A stretch of 64,000 nucleotides of DNA from Tubiluchus corallicola (taxonomy: Eukaryota; Animalia; Priapulida). Where the stretch lies: the NCBI GenBank assembly GCA_030141605.1, contig JAQGDQ010000040.1, positions 558,001 through 622,000 of the forward strand, read 5' to 3'. The notes below the pieces were generated by a model, which had not been told where the DNA came from, did no database searches, and saw nothing but the letters and a program-made list of their open reading frames with translations. The translations under genes and the position numbers were made by a program. Of this stretch, positions 1 through 14,600 are shown piece by piece. Position 1 is the first letter of the stretch. Each line of letters begins with the position of its first letter.

Positions 1-424
1 TGCATATTAGTGTGAATCAGAAGCAGGGCCATCTGAACAGCATTTTAGGCAAAGCACAGACCAGGGCCGCTACTGCCCTGGCACTCACTGGAACACCTTC
101 ACAGTTAATCACTTTCAAATATAAAAAATATACTTTATAACTATTTAACAATTATTGTTATAGAGACCCCTGATATTGTGAATCCCTGGCCAAAAAGACA
201 GTGTAACCACACCTTAAGATGGTCTGAATTTCAGCGAACTAATGCGAGGTAGAAATGTAAGGTGCTAATCATGTTAACATATCAAGTACGGGTACTTGGT
301 ACATATTTCACATTTGTGTTTTTAATCAATATGACGAACAGGTGAAATTGCTTTGCGGACAGGATTCTGGTCCACCAACTGTACACTCAAATACTCAAAT
401 TTTTCAAGCCCGAGCAACACATAC

Positions 425-2085
<1,661 letters not shown>

Positions 2086-2121
2086 TCAAACGGAACAAAC
2101 TTACCAAAGAATGCGACAAAA

Positions 2122-2223
2122 TTTATATATCACAGGAAAATTAAACAGCTGTGGTAAGTCACACAGAGTTATCTGTAATAACAGACAGTTGCTGTCACAG
2201 TAAATACAGCAACAGAACAGCTG
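2122..2223 (-). promoter_or_regulatory. Putative amylase core promoter: TATA box plus E-boxes and a GATA site
   Basis: On the minus strand, TATATAAA at 2122-2129 lies ~36 bp upstream of the ATG. CAGCTG E-boxes occur at 2146-2151 and 2218-2223, and AGATAA (GATA) at 2169-2174. The motifs are seen directly; function is inferred. Confidence 0.5.
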
Positions 2224-2616
2224 TCATACCAGCCATGAAGATATATTGCACTTTGTACCTTTTGCTAATTTTTGTATTTAGTTTTAAGCATTTCTTATTT
2301 TCACTAGTGTTTTACCACCCTTGTACATTTTATAAATTATGTGAAAATAATAATATTTCACTGGATACTGATTTAAACAAATACCCGGGCGTTTGTTGTT
2401 TATTTATATAAAAACACTACATAAATTTATTCCTCACCACCACTTTTGTCTCCTTTCACATGAATGCCAACAACAGTACATACATTAGTTGTTTGGTTAA
2501 ATAAATGTTAAAGATTTTTTAATACACTTTTGTCTACAGTTGTGTAAACATACAAAACTCAGATGTAGAATCAAATCAAAAAATGATAAAGCCATGCAAA
2601 AACAAGCTGCACTTAC

Positions 2617-5600
2617 TTATCAAATATCATCTGTAATTTTTCCATGCCATACAGCTGCTTGACTTTTAGTGTAATGAGTTCTGTACAAGTCGACTTTTGT
2701 AAGGCTTTTGTGAATTTTCGACACAAATCTAACCTAAATGATCAAAAGAGTAATTTTAGAAAAACAAAGGAAAGAAAAATGAAAAAGAACAAGAACACTC
2801 AGTGATATTTCAATTTATACAAAGCCAAAAATTATTGCAAATCATAAAGCCATATTTAGCTGCTATCAACTAATGATGGTTTTTGTATGCATTAAGTTCC
2901 TTTGAAAGAATGTTTGTGTAAAACTGTCATGCCATTTGTATGAAATTGTACCAACCTTTCAGGGTATGGCTTGTCACGTATGTCATTTCCAGCCAATACC
3001 ATTGCATCACGAATGTGTATAGCTGTGACCTTCCTCTGACCTTTGCTCTGAAACCATTACTCATAACTGATTTTTAAAACATCACAGCCATGGTGACTAA
3101 ACACAAGTGCCTTAAGAGCCACAACAGATCATTAGGTTCTACAGACTCTTATTAAGGTCTATAAAAATCCGTGATTTAAGGTCTATAAAAATTCGTGATT
3201 TGTGTAATCACTGTTAAGGGCAAGGATTTATTCACAGAACTAAGTTTTTTCTGTCTATGTACACTTTGGTTCTCTGCAAGCCACAATTCGGCACTCAGGG
3301 GCTGACGAAAAGACCTTTTGAAGTAAAATTTTCACCCATCAAAATTGGCACTGGAGGTCACATCACTAAATTAAATGAAACAAAATTAAAACAGATTCAT
3401 TAACTTACAGCTCACCATGTAGAAATCTAAAGTTTAAAGATTTTAAATGTAAATCAGGCCAGCTTGCCATTTTTTCTTCTTTTGCAATATTTAAGTCAAA
3501 ATCTGAACCGCTCTGGACACAACACATTTCTTAAAGGTTTAGATCTAGCCCTGCACACTACGGTTCTTACTTTCTTTCCATGCTTTTGCTACAAAATTTT
3601 AACCATTATATCGCATTTTACTGTATGATGATGGTTGTGTAGTATATTATCAGCAATTTGTTTAAGTTTTTTTTATATAGTATATATGAGTTGCAGAGGA
3701 TTTGATGTTCACTGTCCTGTAGTAAATGTAATTCTTTTAGTTTGTTAATAATAGAGGTGACATTAAACAAGCAGACAAAGTGGTAACCCATCTATCTATT
3801 GGCCGGACTCACCACTGCTTAGCCATCGCACACATAATACTCAGTACTATCCTTCTTGCAAAAATAAAATATTTATGCATATTTTTAAACAACTATCGCT
3901 TGTAAATATTAGTTGTAGCACTCAGCGATTAAGAAAGCTCAAACTTGCACACTCAGTTTAATTTAGTTATTCAATGATTGTTACAGCATTCAGAGCGAGT
4001 AAGGCAATATTAAAAGACCAAGTGATGAACAACCTTAACGTAAGGTCTTTACTAAAGGCGTCCAAGGGGATTTGCTAGGATGTACATGAATTACTTATTA
4101 CGAATTATCACTAATTTATCATTTAACGCATTATATCCTTGTCACTAAATGCCAATTTATCACTATTATTAATCACACTTATTAACCACTATTTATGAAG
4201 AATTGATTATACCTCTCCTCTAATCTCAAATAGAATCTCAGCAATGAGAAGAGTATCCCTGGGTAGTTCTACTTTGAGCTCCTGACGCTCCCACCTCCCT
4301 TTCATGGCACTGCACTTGAACACGTGACTTCTCTAAGAAATAAATTTGCTCATAAATTTAGCAGTTATTTCTTCTCAAAAAACAAAAAAATTGACAACTC
4401 AAATACAAAAAGCCTACTGATTCAATAATGAAGTTAAAAATTTTGGAATTGGTCATAATTGTTTACAGTTTAAGTAAATTAAACATGTAAAAGCTATAAA
4501 GGTTCCACCTACACCTTTTCTGTTTGCCATATTGACAGGGCACTTTATTTATGACTTTAGTCATAAATTGCATAAATAGCTTGCTTAATACTAATTTCAG
4601 ATTTTATTTATGACTATTTATGACGTGTCAAATTTTGACCAAAAATGCCATCCTGAGCTAAAAGAAATACATATTTTTAATCAGAATCTTGTATTTTGCC
4701 TTTCTTCGTTCTTCATTACATTAAAATGTAATAAAAATGTCTACTTTCATCATTCCAAGGCCTGAAGTTTCTCGTATTGTTTTGCATGCAGGCATCCCTC
4801 CAGACTGAAATCCGTGATCGTGTTTATAATAATTATAGTATCGGTTTTAATTTGTTTAGGATGACCTATAAAATTACTGCTCATAAAAATCAATCTATTA
4901 ATTAATTCGTACAGTCACAATTCGTAGCCACAATTAGTACAAGTAAATAATGTATTTTTTTAAATATCGATTTTAAATTTAATGTTGGAAAATACTATTG
5001 GCTATTACATCTTTCTAGGGAACCGTCACGTATGTTTTCTAATTAAAATTACATTAAGCAAAATAACTAAACAAGAAAAACAGTTAAATTTTAATGACAA
5101 TGAAGCAACAAATTCTCCCAAAGATAAAATATGCTCAAATTCTAGCAGACGGCATTATTCTTATTTCTTGAGGATGAGGCAGTAAGGCACGGGAAACGCT
5201 TGCGGCAAACTCGAGCTAAAACCTACACCCAAGCCATTGACTTACGCCGCTTAGGGGTAAGCATCGAAGTTCGGTTCGATTCGAATTCGAAAGTCACAAA
5301 TTCGGTTCGATTCGAATTCGCTTTCTGGTAGAGAATGCTCACCCCTAACGCCGCTAGGATGAGAAAGGCACTGAAATGAACGTGCAAAGAAAAGAATTAG
5401 AAGTGTAGATTTCTGTTATTGTGCAGAGCGTAGGTTTGAGGCGGCAGAACTTTAGGACATTAAAATAGGTAAGCTGTCTTTAATTCAAATTTTCGATGGA
5501 ACGACAACGATTCTGTCGGTGCCTATTTATTTTTTCGCGGTAACGCGCTCATTTACTTTTTATTATTTAGGTTGCTTCTAGACGAGTTAATGACAGATAA

Positions 5601-8600
5601 ACGCATCAGTTAGACAGTCTCAGTTACTGTGTTAGTCCACCAAACAGTCACGCGCAAGCTTCTTATGGACTGCCTGTGTGTGTGGGAGAGAGAGAGAGAG
5701 AGAGAGAGACGGTGGAAACAGTTTTCTGTACTGAATTTTTTGTTCCATTCATCGGGAAATGATTATTTTTCTTTCGTTATTTATGACAAATTTGAAATCT
5801 TATTTATGACTATTTATGACTATTTTGCAAGAAAAGTCATAAATAAAGTGCCCTGCATATTGACCTTTACAAGTTTTCTTTTTGGACAGCCTCAATGATC
5901 CATTAATCAAATTTATTATGGTTCTTTTCTTTTAATTTGATATTTTGTATTTCATCATATTTATGTATTATTTTGGCAAATGGAATAAACTAAACTAAGC
6001 TAAACTAAACTAAAAATAAGTAACAAAAAGCAGGAACTATAAAATAAAATAATAATAATAATTCTAGCTGTATAAGGCAGTCAATAAAATTATTGTCTTA
6101 CGCCAAATCCTAGTAAATAGCAAGGCTCAGAAGCAGTTACAACACATTTGTAGTCAAACACACTTTCTATCTGCTCAAGCTTTGATTCATCTAGTTTTGT
6201 TACAGTGGGAAAAACTGTTGGTACACCAGTGTCCTGCAAAATGAACTGCTATATTAATCATAGGCACAGAAATTACTGTAAACGTAAAGAAAAATCAAAT
6301 CATTTTCTACATAAATAAGAAGTTTTCTCAGATTAGCATATTCAGAAAGAATGTCCAGCACATTCAAGCAAACTTGTTGATATTGCAATCAATCAGATTT
6401 GCTAATAATTATTATTTTATTGTAAAGATTTGTGACTTACCTTGCACAACTCATGAAATTTTACTTCAGGATCGGGTTTCACTGGAGCAGTTCGAACTAA
6501 ATCAGGTATCTAAATTAAAAAGGTAAAAAAAAATTATCAAAAAAATTAATAATTGTCAAACTTATCAATTATTAGCTTATTTAATGGCAAGGCAGTTTGA
6601 CTCATCGAATCCTTTAACTCATTTTTACTATTCCCTAAAATGCCGACACCATTTTTTATAAAGTTCAGAACTCTACAAGCCGGTGTGCATCTCTTGATGA
6701 CTGAACCTATCTAATGTAAACTGTCATTTACTGGCCAGAGCACAGCTCCTTATTAAAAATAATCAGCTAAAATCAGACTCTGAATTGACAAAGGAGTTTT
6801 AGCCACATTTGGATGCTCTCAACAGGGTAGATAACTTAGAGAAGAATGACAAAAAAGCTCGGAAGGAGTTTGCTGATGGTTACCACCTCATTTGGTGGCC
6901 ATCCTTGACATTGTTTAACTGCGTCGCCAAACACACTCTGTCACTGCTCAACCACTTTCTTCATATAATCACATTGCAAAAGTGGTTTAGTGGTTAACTA
7001 ACAAAATCTTTCTGTTAAGCTCTGAGGTTGTGAGACAACATGAATTTGCTAGTGTTTTTTGTGTTGATAGCAAGAACAGTTAACTACAATTCATTTGCAA
7101 GAAATGCTTTCCATCTAGACTCTTGGCACCAAGTGACAGTCTATTCATTCAGCAAATTTCCATTCTGTCAAAAAGCTTAGGAATTGTATAATCTAATGGC
7201 TACTTGGCTAACATGTCTGCTACCCAACTGGACAGTTACGGGTTTAAAACTAAGAATGGGTCACACAAATGACCTTTAAAATGACGCCTGCTGTTGCCCT
7301 GCTTGGCATGTGATGTTTAGGGTAAAAGCAGAATAACAATAAACCGTTCCAATGATTTACTTTGTCATTTACAATTGACGACAAAAATCTCATGACTTAT
7401 TGTTGAACTTAATGACAACTTTAAGCAAAGGTGTTATTATAAAAAAAGCCTTATTATAAAAAAGAATAATAAATAAGCAAACAGAAAAAGAGGAGTTTCT
7501 TTTTGGAGTCTGAACAAATTGAGAAGAGCAAACTGTGGTACAACATAAATAGACTTCCATTATACCTGCCATAGTGATAGACACTGTGTGCGCAATTCAC
7601 TTTGCCGTACCTCATACAAATCACTGAAATTTAAAAAAAATATACAAAATGCATTAATGAGAAACAACAAAACAAATTTAAAATTCAAATGAAAAATAAT
7701 AGAATAGATATAATAATACGAAAATGGCAACTATAATCGTTCAAGAAGAAGCCACTTACGGGTTTTGAGCAAAGGCTTTAATCTTCGACAAATTGAGCGA
7801 CTGAGCTTGACCCAATCTACAAATAAATTTACAAAAAATAATCAAGTATGTGTTAGCATGTTAACCCACATGCATATGTCTATGAAACAGAAATTTGGTG
7901 ATGTAGTGTTCAAATGAAGTGACATTATCATTTAAAATTAGAAGTGAAAACCTGCTGCCTTTTAGTATGAAGGATATTTTTTGTTTGGTAATTTTGGTTA
8001 GTATACAAAAAATACAAAAGAAACAAGCTAGGGTAGTTGGCATACACCTTATGTACACCTTATGCTTGTTTTTGGCTTTGCACAACAATAGTAACAACTA
8101 CCACAACTTGCCCTATTAAATTAGTTTGACTATTTGAAATCAACAATTCATACAGTATAAAGTTATGTATTTTGCACAAAACAATACTCAAAGTCAAGTG
8201 ATTTTTTCTACAAAAAGGAAGTTGTAGCAGCTAAGGACTATTTCTATTCTTGTGCCAAATAAGGAGGTACAAATTAGTCTGTGACAGAACAGCTACAAAG
8301 TGATAATGTAAATACATAGTATGATGTCAGTGACATATTTCATTGAGGAGCTCAAATACATAAGTTCATGTTTGACACAGCTAATTTGAATAACTTGGTG
8401 CCAGCCAATGCCACAAGTCATATATCATACGTAAATAACCTATTTACACAATGAAAGAAAACTCAGACAACGTGAACATATGGCATTCAGTATCAGTGTT
8501 TGATGAATTGTCGAAAACTGTAGAGCAAAACTGTAGATATGCAGCTTATTATTAAAAAACTGTACTTTACCATAATTGTTTGATTAATAAAATGCTAAGG

Positions 8601-11600
8601 AAGCACAAAATGTTCTCAAGTATATATAAAAAGTGCAAAAACTTTGCAGGAGTGATTAACCAATTTGAAAGTTTTAATCTATAAGTACAATGCCTATAAT
8701 AAAAATAACAATTTTAAGTGCATTGTACGTAAAGCCATAAGTAGGCCAATTAAAAAGAGGCTGAAGTGCGAGACTAAATATAAAGTATGCGAGAAAAAGA
8801 CAACCAAGTGAAACATAAAAATTCATTGACAAGTCAGCCTAGTATATCAAGATTATAATTTTTTGAAATCAAGGACACTAATTTATGTAACTAACAAACT
8901 GTAAGGCAAAATTGGTAAAAAAAATTTCAAAAAATTTATTGGTCATCGAACAATGATTTAAGTAAATCATTAAGATAAATTTACAGGCACATGTGATAAG
9001 TATTATATGTGTAAAAAATATTATTGTATTTATGTGTCAAAAATATATTATCATTATGTCAAAGTTAGATGCAGGTTTAGCAGCCACATTTGACGTGTTA
9101 AGAAAGAGCACTTAATTAATGGTATTTAGTCAATACCAATATATTAAAAATCTTATTAAATTTAATATAAATTGTTGTTCTATAGGCCACTATATCACCG
9201 TATGAGCTAAATGTGTTGCAATTCAGTGAGTTTATGTAATTATTTCTCATTAATAATCAACACGATTTCCTTAATTCTGACTTATGGATAATGTCACGTA
9301 TTTGTCCACTGTAATCTTTGAGGAAGCCCTGTATAGGCAAATCGTGCCTGACAACAACAAATAGGAATTCAATGATACTGTACTAGTTACTACATTAATA
9401 TACTTTATCACACGGCAAGCAGAAATCCAAAAGAGCTTACTCAATAACATATTTGTAGTACAAAATGAATCTAACTCAGTATCAAGGGTTTGAAATATGC
9501 GGGCAATGGATTTTTGGATGCTGATAGTGACTTTTTCAGGATATGTGGATCACGGATTTTCATCGCTTAAATTTGCTGATTTTACTCCAAATTGCAGCAC
9601 GAATGGAACATGAGTTTCAATTGTTTGCGAAAACAGTTGACCAAATTTAAATAGAATTTTTTTGTTTTGTCATGATGAGGCTTGCAGCGTAGTATTGGTT
9701 GTTTGGTGCAGGCACATGGTGTGATGTGAGCTGTCACTGCAAGTTTACAAGCAATATTCTTTTGCAATATATTTTTGCAGCTGCAGATAAACTAGGAAGT
9801 GATATCTGCACATCTCTAATAAGGATATCCCTCTATGATGAGCCACTAAAATCAACAGAGGTATCTCAGCCACATTTGGATGTATATTTACTTCTTTACA
9901 ATGTGCTTTACAAACTTTCATCTTACCTAACATTAGATTCACAAATATATTCAAAAAAGGCCTCGTCGTCTTTCATTATGTCCAGTGCCACACACTCCAC
10001 AACATCGTCATCATCTGACAGACGATATCGATTCATTCTTGCATTGACTTCAAAAAGGTATGAGTGAACCATCTCTGTATTCTCTCTAAGACCCTCGCAA
10101 ACAATATACCTGATGCAAAAATAAAAAAAGTTAAGATTACAATCCACGAAAACTGAAAGTTTTCCATATTTCTTGACTAAAACAGAAACATTAAAAAAAG
10201 CTCTATGACAGAAAGCAAGCAAATCAAAGAATTGTATTTGTAAGCAGAATATAAATAAAATCTGAAAAATGATAATAAAAGTAATACACACCTTAAGTAT
10301 ATCAAATAATAATAACACATATACTACCACTACCAGACTTCTTCTTAATCGACCTGCTTTTTCTTCCTAGTCAGGCTAGATAAATATTCATACCTTTCTG
10401 AGTTAGCTGGTCGACTAGTGACAGGTTTATGAATACAAACTCGTCTAAAACACCTATACATAAGGTAGACAAGTCCAACGCTGAACGGAGTAAAAATATC
10501 AAAGAGCTTGCAGACAAAATTGCCACCTAAACATAAAAGTAACTAGTGAATAGCGAACGATCTTGTATTTTGTGGTAAGATTCTGCTCCTGTGACAAAAG
10601 ATGCTTCAAGTGCCAACTTTTGTTTCGTATTTACAAAGATGTTTTTCAAAATAATTAGCAATATGTACGCAAGTACGGATGTGCTTGGAAATGAACTCGG
10701 AACGACATGTGGATCAAGGATCATCCAGACACGGTTCAACATACACCATTCAATGTGCCTCGTTGAAACCTTTCCTTTATTATACTACAAGATATTAAAA
10801 TTGAAACTTGTTGCTTTTATGTGACCTCTGAGTCAGGTGTGAAGGTGACTCATATCACTCAATTCTTCTCATGGAAAACTTTTCTATTGATATACTACAA
10901 CATACTGTTGCTCGTCACTGGAAACACTTGTTACCCCATCCCTTTATTTTGATTTTTAACCCCTAGTGGACTTACAGTTGATCAATCTGGACATAACTCA
11001 TACCATTTAATTTACCTGTCTGAGACCCTTTATTTAATGTACCACAAGACAAAGTTACTTAACACTAGAAGCAATGGTGTCTCTGACACCCTGATTTTGG
11101 TTTCTGCCCCCTACCAAAAAACATGCCCCTTTATTATGAAAATGGCTCACATTAGCCTTGCATAAAATCTCGATCCCACCTAGGCACATGCCAAAAATTG
11201 TGGCCCTAGCTCAAAAACTAAAGGAGGATATCCAGTCTAAAAAAATCTAAGAAGTCTAAATCACTCTGTGACCCTAGCACCAGGCCTTCCAATGCCCCTG
11301 CCTGGGAAGTGCACCCTGTACATTTCGTGATCCTGTGGATTTTAGAGTCATTAAAGAAGCAAAAATGATAAATAAAGTAGAAATAAAAACCGGGGGTAAA
11401 TCAAGAAGAGTTTGCTGAGAAGCAGAATCTTAGTGATAGTTTAACGGTGCTGGCAGTATATACACCAAACATACAAAACTGTTTTCTACAACAAATAGTT
11501 TCTGAAATTCATAATAAACTGTCTGCGAATTATGCACAATTTCTTTTTGAAAACAAAAAACAAAATTTAATGAAAATTTATTAAAGTGTTAATAAGGAAA

Positions 11601-14600
11601 TTAAATGTAAAATTTTAAGTAAAACTTACAAAAATAGAATATGCAAAGAAAAAAATCACAAAATATGTTAAAATCACATCTTATTAAACTGTAAATTTTC
11701 AATTAATTGCACAGTTAGAAGAATTAATGCCAAAATACTTAATATGCTAGAAATATATTAAATAATATATTACATAATATATTAACAACAAACATGCTTT
11801 TAATGTTGGGTATTTACCTGACAGTTCATACACATTAATTGCCAAGACATATAAGCAGATGGAGTTCTACTTGGTCAAGATGTATTAAATGGCAACACAT
11901 ATAAGCCAGCTGAGTTGTTATTACTCAACTTCCCAGTAAAACCATCCACTGATGAATAACTCTTTTGCACAGAAATATCATGAAATGAAAACACAAAACC
12001 AAAAATGCTAAGTACTTACCAACCTTAAGAACAGACAACGCACAACAAAATTGACACAGATATAACTGTTTAGATAAGACCTCCTGAAGATTTTCTTGAC
12101 CTTCTACAGAAAACCCCTGCAAACAACAAGCTGTAATAAATTACAAATATGGCTGTCGAATTTCTACTATCCTGTCAACACTAGAAACAAATGGTCTTGC
12201 AACCCCTTTTTGTGAATATATGCAATGTGCATATATGTAACACAAGCATGTACGTAGAAACAAAAAAAAGCATATTTGTTCTTAGAACATAAAAAGATTA
12301 CAAAAATGTGATATTACTGAGATCAGAGAAAGATCAAATAATGAATTTTTTGCACTTGCCACAGTAGATTTGATTTAATTCTTTAACCTTTATTACAAAT
12401 AATAGTCCACGTCATACAACAATATTTACATATGCCATATCAAACAGGTCTAGACAGTTTGTTTTTTATTACTATGAAAAATATTGCTAATGTTTTAATG
12501 TTTATGTTTTCTAGCACCGTAACAGAATCATAAATTTCACAACAAGAAAAAATTTTAAATCACGCACACCATCGCCCATGACTAGGTAGACTCCCTTGTT
12601 ATCAGTCGAGTCCATCACAAATTGCTGAAAAGCTTCTAGATTGTCTGGACATGTGATATCACCAGTTCCCTCTCTTCCTCCAACTCCTGTAGAAAAAAAG
12701 TTAGTATAGAATTGGGTAGGTACTAAGACATAAAGTACAAAACGGCATCTTACAGTCGGTAATGTTGGTAGAGAATATTCTAATTTTAATTATCAACTAT
12801 TTAACATAACGTTATAAGTTTTTATCGGTGCTGGTTCTCGTATATTGTGATTAGTTTTTCAAAATTTCCTTCATTTCATTCCTATGTTATTGCAAATGCC
12901 TAAAATTTCCATCCTTGCCATTCGTTCCATTCTTGTATTGACTAGCAATCATTTGTGTATTGTGCAGCGTGTACCAAACACTGGTCTTGGCAAAGAACCA
13001 TAATGTTAAATTCAATAAATACAAAAAGAAAATAAAGCAGAGTACAGAATGCAGCCCTTACCATAATGAGGCTCTAAAAATTCACTTGGTGCTGCAAAAA
13101 ACTCTTCGAGTTTGAAGTCACAGCTTCCCTTTAGGGTAAATCCAAAGCCTTTAGAAAAACATGGCCTCTTCCAGATTAAATATTCAGAGAAACCACCAGG
13201 GCCAGCACAAATATCAGCAAAGTAAAGTATATCGTTGCTGGTTAATAATGGCTTCTAAATACAAATACAGAATAACATCAATTCAAAAACTTTTCAAATC
13301 TCAAATGACCAGCTAATCCTTTGTAACATTTATCAGAAGGTTAAAAACAATCTAGTAAATTCGTTGCTTATTTAAACAAATCACGCACATGAAATTTTTG
13401 AAACAAGAAGCTAATCACCCAAGATTATAGAGCTAAAATCGAATTTTTTACAAATCTCAGATTCTTGAATTAATATCAACTGATTTCTTGTTCTTTCAGT
13501 AACTTAGCAGGCTTAGGGTTCCTACAGTATTTCTTACCCCACTGACATCTTTAGGATCAGAAAACATAAAGTCAAAAGTAGCATTCATTTCTGCCATTTT
13601 CATAGCAGCCCTGCAAAAAGAAGCGCATATCAATTAAAATCACAGGTTTTTATAAGGACATTGTGACAAATTATTACAAGCTTATGTCTGCTTAAGACTT
13701 AAATGACAAATGTTGTGATGTCAAACAACACAATGTAAAAACCAATCATTTATCTTGAAATGACACAGTATTATCATGATAATTTACTGTTTAACAGAAA
13801 GTTACACCGCAAGACTCATACATGTCTGACATTAAAATTCAAACAGAAAATAAAAAAAGTACACGTGTTAAACAGAGTACAAGTTTCAACAAAGTATCAT
13901 GTATAGTACAGCTACAGCGTATAGTATCATGTACCATTTGGACGGCTGGACCACAGAATTTACACCATTCACACACATCACATTTCATGTTTCATGCCAG
14001 AAGCTTATCAGGCATAGACATACTTTGCTTGTCATTTTCACTTAAAAACTCACTATTGTATGTACAATAAAGTTTTCAATACATTAAACCATTATTACAG
14101 ATGACGACAATAATGGTGATGATTACAATCATTTTAACGATAAAAGTATGCCATCCATCCCAAGATTCCAAGAATCAAAGATATTCAATCAGAAACTAAA
14201 TACGAACACTCTGGACATTTATCAAAAACTAACATTTAAATACAAAATGATAAAACTCATAAAACATTCGGTTTGCAGTGATCAAGCATCGTGAAATTTA
14301 GTCAAGTGCCATAAAACTAAAACATCCTCGCACATTTACCTTATTTCCAAAAAAGTATGGTTTCACTTAACAATGATTCACTTAACACTGAATTTTCACG
14401 AAAAGGTGGGTCTAATTGCATCCTGAAAAAGTATTTTTAGCGCCACAATAAACTCAAATTTCTAGACAAACATATAGAATGAAATAATGTTCAATCCATA
14501 AAGCTTGCATCATACTAAACTTGCCTGTTTTGAAAAAAGACTCCTCGTATAGTTTCAAAGGGATTTGACTTGGTTCGAGCCCTTCGCATTTCTTCATTTT

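Noticed and set aside
24-226. Possible hAT MITE (CAGGGCCATCT ... AGATGGTCTG) or amylase exon 5
   Set aside because: The termini are imperfect with no TSD, and no frame gives the expected GE.I...EY...GRVTEF amylase sequence, so exon 5 must lie outside the window.
2429-2480. Minus-strand VVGIHVKGDKSGGEE* as the next CMTR1 exon
   Set aside because: No in-phase AG acceptor, and no convincing similarity to the CMTR1 C-terminus or WW domain.
9440-9915. Overlapping ORFs 9582-9767, 9699-10067 and 9745-9954
   Set aside because: Intronic or antisense to a CMTR1 exon with no recognisable domain; at most a decayed transposon.
11818-11909. Possible cassette or poison exon in a CMTR1 intron (CAG...CAG|GTAAAT)
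   Set aside because: The flanking exons already join in frame, the segment has no CMTR1 homology, and it cannot be supported without RNA data.
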